Below are positions 57,229-62,414 of a stretch of 62,414 nucleotides of DNA, one piece after another (position 1 is the stretch's first letter; each line of letters opens with the position of its first letter). The notes beneath the pieces were generated by a model. That model had not been told where the DNA came from. It searched no databases and worked only from the letters and a program-made list of their open reading frames with translations. The DNA lies in the NCBI GenBank assembly GCA_049999805.1, contig JBNGIO010006382.1, forward strand, positions 576,171 through 638,584. Direction: 5' to 3'. The position numbers were made by a program, and so were the translations under genes. The DNA comes from Folioceros fuciformis. Lineage: Eukaryota.

Positions 57229-57245
57229 TGCATGGCGGACGTGGC
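57229..57245 (-). promoter_or_regulatory. Adjacent RY element and ABRE upstream of the SMP/LEA gene
   Basis: TGCATG (CATGCA on the - strand) at 57229-57234 and ACGTGGC at 57239-57245, about 200 bp upstream of the ATG. This is the classic ABI3/bZIP module of LEA promoters. Confidence 0.5.
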
Positions 57246-57420
57246 CAGCTATGATACAAGTCGGATTACATGTATGGAAGCCAGTCTATTACGAGGCATT
57301 GTATTTATCTACGCCACAAGTTGATGTGACTACGGTTTACAAGAATGGAGGCTCTAATTTATACAAAACTGCGCTCCCGGTGAAATTACTCCACATCAAC
57401 CGGGCTGGGCTGGTGGCCTT

Positions 57421-58627
57421 TCAGAACTTTCCCTTGGTTTCAGTGGACTCTGTGTCCGGGTGGATGCGGAGCAGTTGGTAAGCCCATGCGCCTGCCAGGG
57501 CACCGAGAGTGGGGCCTATGATGTAAACCCAGAAGCCTCTGTAAAAGTTTGATACCAGGGCCGGCCCCAGAGATCTTGCAGGGTTCATGGATGCTCCACT
57601 GATAGGACTGCACATTACGACACCAGCATATCAATTTCAGCTTTCTGTTCAGCGACCTTTCCGAAGTAGGGGGTGAGGCAGATGGGTACTCACGTAGCGA
57701 TCAGTGCGTTGGCCGTGACGATGGCTCCGATTGTAGCCCCTCCGAGTTGTGGAACCTGCTTTTGTAAAGGTCATTGGGAATTCAAAAATGTGGAAGCGTG
57801 GGAGGATTTTGTTTTGTCACAGCCATGTGGGAGAGAGAGCGGAAGGACAGCTGGTTGCGTGAGGTAGGAATGAAGAGGGTGCAGGCACCTACCGCCTTCT
57901 CATCGGTGCAAACACTCATGATCACAAACATGAGTATGAAGGTGATGATGAACTCCAGGGCTAGGGCCTCCGCATCGGTGCCTCCAATAGGATATGTTGC
58001 GCCAAGTTTGAAATGGGAGCCGAGAGACACCCGGAGTGCAAAAGCAGCGCAAATGGAGCCCAAGCACTGTGCTAGGATGTAGCCAGGCACCTGCCAAAAG
58101 GCAAGTAAAAAATAGGTCAGAGGAACACAGCTCCCAAGGAATCGTACTCTAGGTGATTGGGAAAGAGTGGAGGTCGTTGTCTGACCAGGGCCCACTGAAA
58201 CTTGCTCACAGAGGCCAAGGCAATGGAGACAGCAGGGTTGACATGACACCCTGATAAGTGCCCCAGCGCATACACAAGAGCCACCACGACAGATCCCCAT
58301 GTCAGGGATGTGCCAACAAGCGTGACCTGTCCTCGAGTCTTGTTGTTCACCACCTCTGACCCACATCCAGCGAAGACAAGAAAGAAGGTGCCAAGTGCCT
58401 CTGCCCCAAACTGGATACACAAAGATCACCAGCATCCAGGTCAGTTCCGAGCGCAGACAAACCGCCATGTGCTGAACAGTGCCATGCAGAATAAACTATC
58501 ACGTTAATGCAGGCTCCAGGTCTACCTTCTGCATCAGCGTGATTCGGGGACTCCTGGACCTTGGGATGCAGCCGGAGTCACGGCCCTCTTCCATGGCATC
58601 TTCGTGCACAGTCCTTGCAGACGTCAT
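57421..58627 (-). CDS. NIP: NOD26-like intrinsic protein (NIP aquaporin), 5 exons, second copy
   Basis: FGAEALGTFFLVFAGCG, TSLTWG, GHLSGCHVNPAV, LALEFIITFILMFVI, IGAIVTANALIAT/PISGASMNPARSLGP. Intron positions match the first NIP. Confidence 0.93.
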
Positions 58628-60379
58628 TCTTGAGCAACTTGTGAAGGGAGGAAAAAGGCAGCAATCTGTGCAACCAACTGGTCCGCAAGCTGTCACCGGA
58701 GCCCTGCTACAATCGTACAATTAAACAGCAACCTCGTCAGAGAAATTGTGCCCCGGACCCATGCGATCCAAGATCACACTATTTGGCCACTCTCGTGTCA
58801 CTGCTGTCCTAGGCCTCTTAGCACACAACGTTCTTGAGTCAATCTCGCTACCGTTGTACTATCCTCTCCTTGTCTCATGCGCAGATCTCGCTAAGATCTC
58901 ACATGAAACACGTCTCTAAAATCACACACACAGTATTCGTCCACTTCGTCACACTGTCGTGTCTAGCAAACCACGACACCAACGATTCACAGCTCGTAAC
59001 GACATCTCACGATCCATTTCCCATTCACCGTTCCATGTTCCTCTAGACAATGTACATCTACGATTTGTCATTTCACAGCTGCCATTTCGTCTCACCTGCT
59101 CCTCTACTTCGATGCAATGCAAATCGGTTCCCGACGCGTGCAGAATTCACTGGAGTCCGAGTTGGAGTGAATTCAGCGTGTCGAGACAAGGAACAAGACT
59201 GTCGATTAGGGTGACTTGGGAAGCTTGTGAGGAGCAGGCGAATGTGAGAGTGCGAGGAAGAGGAAGCTCAGATTGCGAATGGGAAGCCGGAGCATGCATC
59301 CTTTTATGGAGCAGGAACTTGGTGTTGGTTCTCGTGGCCCTTCATCCCGCCAGCAGAAGACGACAGTCATCCCAAGCTCCCAACGAGTTGACTGTCTACT
59401 TCCGGTTGATATTCGGTTCTGTGCGGTGCGGTTCGGTTCGCATGAAGCCCGTGGTCAGACAGTCCATCCAAACAGTCACGTCCGTCACGTTCAGCTTTTT
59501 CCTCTTTCGCTTTTAGCATGGGATCTACGGATACCCAAAAATACATACAGACCAAGCTCAACGAATCCACCCACACTTTCACACCTTGGGGATTCCTCTA
59601 GGATGCTCCATTCCGTCCAATTTGAATATTCTATTTTATCTCGATTTAATGCATCTTGTTTTTTGTGTTTTGAACACGCAGACCAGGTTTCATCCTAAGC
59701 ACAATCTTAAGCTTATTCATTCATTATACGGTGACAAATTAACTTTGTACGTAGTTTCTAGAGATTGATGAATATTTAAACAGAATAAAATTTAAAATAA
59801 TTACCATAATATCTCGGACCAACTTTTTACATGACATAGATCCTCTCGTTTGAACAAAGATCCTGAATGAGATCTCAATATGATTTTTAATGTTTATTTT
59901 TTATAAAATATATTTTATTAATAATTTTTAAATTGATATTATAAGAATTTTTTTAAATGAATCTATTTTTAAAGCTCTATTGAAATACTAATCTAGATAT
60001 AATTTGATAAAGATACTAACAAATGAACAAAGGAAAAAAAAGGATTTTAAAAAACAACATGGAAAAACCAGCTGGCCCTAAGGATGTCATGTTAGAAGCC
60101 TTATGATTATTTTTTCTTATTGAAAAAGAGATGGAAAGTCCTATCGCTTCAAAGATTGGAGGAAAACCCAATTAGGGCCAAAGGATTGAAGAAGCAGCTT
60201 TACCTATGGTTGTCGCTGTTCTAAAAACCATGTTGGCCAATGTTCTTTGCTAAGCAATAGATATGTGTTGTAAAAAAAAAAGGGTACCACAAAGGAAAGA
60301 GAGAGAGAGCACCAATCTTATGATTCTCATAAACCTTGGTGCAATCCTGATGAACCTTGAAAAGTCCTTGTCCATGGTC

Positions 60380-60895
60380 CCAGAGAGCAAGAAGGATAAA
60401 AATATGCCCATCTTGTAGGGAAGAATCCTTATGGAATGTGCACAACCCTCTGCCGCCTATCATGGTCCCATGAGTCTAGAGAGCAAGAAGGATAAAAATA
60501 TGCCCGTCTTGCAGGGAAGAATCCTTATGGAATGTGCACAACCCTCAGCCGCCTATCAAAGGGGGTTGATGATGACGTGCTTGCAAATTGAATTCCTAAT
60601 GGNNNNNNNNNNNNNNNNNNNNNNNNNNNNNNNNNNNNNNNNNNNNNNNNNNNNNNNNNNNNNNNNNNNNNNNNNNNNNNNNNNNNNNNNNNNNNNNNNN
60701 NNTGTAACAACTACATAAATGACACAAACCTATTCCCCTGGTGAAATAAAAGTCAGCTCTAAGTGAAACTGTAACAACTACATAAATGACACAAACCTAT
60801 TCCCCTGGTGAAATAAAAGTCAGCTCTAAGTGAAACTCTATTGAAAACCTATTCCCTTGGTGAAATAAAAGTCAGCTCTAAGTGAAACTCTATTG
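60380..60895. repeat. Local duplications (~96 bp x2; 67/52 bp x3) around a 100-N gap
   Basis: agagcaagaaggataaaaatatgccc... at 60384 and 60480. aaacctattcccctggtgaaataaaagtcagctctaagtgaaact occurs three times. Confidence 0.8.
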
Positions 60896-62414
60896 TAAGA
60901 GATATGTACGCTCCTTATAGGGAAGAAACCCATACTCTCTAGTCATTGAGAACATGACATCATGGATAAGTAATGCAACCTGGTACTAATCATGTCGCTT
61001 ACTAATCATGCCGCTTAATGGCACAACGTGTCATATGGATGTGTATGTATAATGGCAACGCTGCAACAACATAACATGTAGAAAGAGAAAGCTAAGAGGT
61101 GGGCCAAACCTAAGCAGAATTTCATTGCGGTGGTGAAAGCTAAGAGGTGGGCTTAACGTAAGCAGAACCAAACCCAAGCAGAAAGTTCGGTGGTGAAAGT
61201 TGTTGGCGTGATTCAAAACGCTTGGATACAAGGTCGAGTCAAAAGCCAAGAGCCCACTCTTTACTTGAACAAGAGCGAATACGAGCCCAAGAAGACCTAG
61301 AGATGGAGGAGTACAACAGAAGGGCTCTTGTTAAGTTATGTTGCTAACTTGATATGTGACCTATCAATGCACCCCACTATGTTGGAGTATTCTATAAGTT
61401 CTTGAAACTTAGCAAAAGTTACTTGTTACTTCTGACTAATACCCATGCGAGAAAGTGCTAGAACAACTTCTTGGGATTACTTAGCACTTTTGTGACATAT
61501 AAAATGTAGTGCACCACATTAGGTGCAAGAACTTCATACATGTCAAACAATAATGTGAGGTAATAAACGTAGAGTAAGTTGATGAAACACCATGATAATT
61601 GTATAATCTACTTCAAGAGCTTGGCATATAGAAGAATAAAAAAAAAGGAGGTCACAGTAGACATTTTATGTGCAAACATCAAGCATCATAAATAGTTGTT
61701 CCATTCACATGTGGACATCCCTCCATGGTGAGCATTAGAAATGTTTATTCCATTGGCATACCAAGCTCTCATTTAGACATCCCTTCATTGGTGCTATTGA
61801 ACGAGGATATTTTCTCATAGCTTTTGCATGGACTATTCAAGGGTTGCCTTCGTCATGGATAAGAAAATGATAGTGGATGCAAAGTAAGGAATTGTGAGGG
61901 GAAGAGATCACCTAATTGGAGGAGTAGATTGTATCATACGCATAAAAATAATAAAATAATATATCATCATGATAAAATTATAAAACTAAAATAAGATAGA
62001 GAAATAAGATTGTATCATAGACAAAAAAAAATCTAACAATAATAATAAAATTACTTAATTAAAACTAAATAGAGAGAACATCACTCTGCTGAAAACCTAA
62101 AAAAACAGCAAGGTAACAAAAACAACAGCACAATATGAGAGTACGAGGATATGAAAGAGTTTTCCCTTTGTTAGGTGGGAAATACATTATTATAGGAAAG
62201 CTCTGATGTATTAGATAAACCAAGATTTCCATTAGCCAGAAGCCCAGACCCGGGACCGGGTTCGGACTGAAAACCCCGAGGTGCCGTCCCATTGTTTCGG
62301 GGGCCACCACAGGTGATAGACACTGATAGATTGAGGACATCGCCCTCCCGTCCAGAAGGGGCTCCAGGAGTCCAGGAGCTCCGAGCTCGCAATCATTCCT
62401 TATTCAGGGAGTAT

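Noticed and set aside
60900-62414. LTR retrotransposon (PBS-like gctctgatgta at ~62200, coding-like scraps)
   Set aside because: The match to the Met-tRNA PBS is poor and no gag/pol motifs or paired LTRs are visible. Probably repeat-derived but unassignable.

Overview
Gene-dense, short-intron (~80-130 bp) nuclear DNA from a seed-free land plant, most likely a hornwort. The main clue is a PLS-PPR protein with a DYW:KP domain ending in DRH. Bases 1-36.3 kb hold tightly packed genes: FAAH (with a 1-nt frameshift), a plastid-targeted DUF3493/LPA1-like membrane domain fused to an animal-type catechol O-methyltransferase, LSM7, EXO70, a class II PRPP synthase, ZC3H15/DFRP1, a NIP aquaporin, two DUF707 genes, a clavaminate-synthase-like dioxygenase, the DYW:KP(DRH) PPR (candidate U-to-C RNA editor), STR12, RbcX-II and chorismate mutase. 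Bases 36.6-52.2 kb are gene-free, a mosaic of related tandem repeats (some with hammerhead-like core motifs) plus a decayed CACTA/En-Spm transposase. Bases 53.4-58.6 kb hold a third DUF707 gene, an SMP-type LEA gene and a second NIP, followed by AT-rich repetitive DNA. Seven 100-N and two 10-N gaps limit interpretation. Family assignments come from motif recognition from memory, exon boundaries were placed by hand, and no database search was run.
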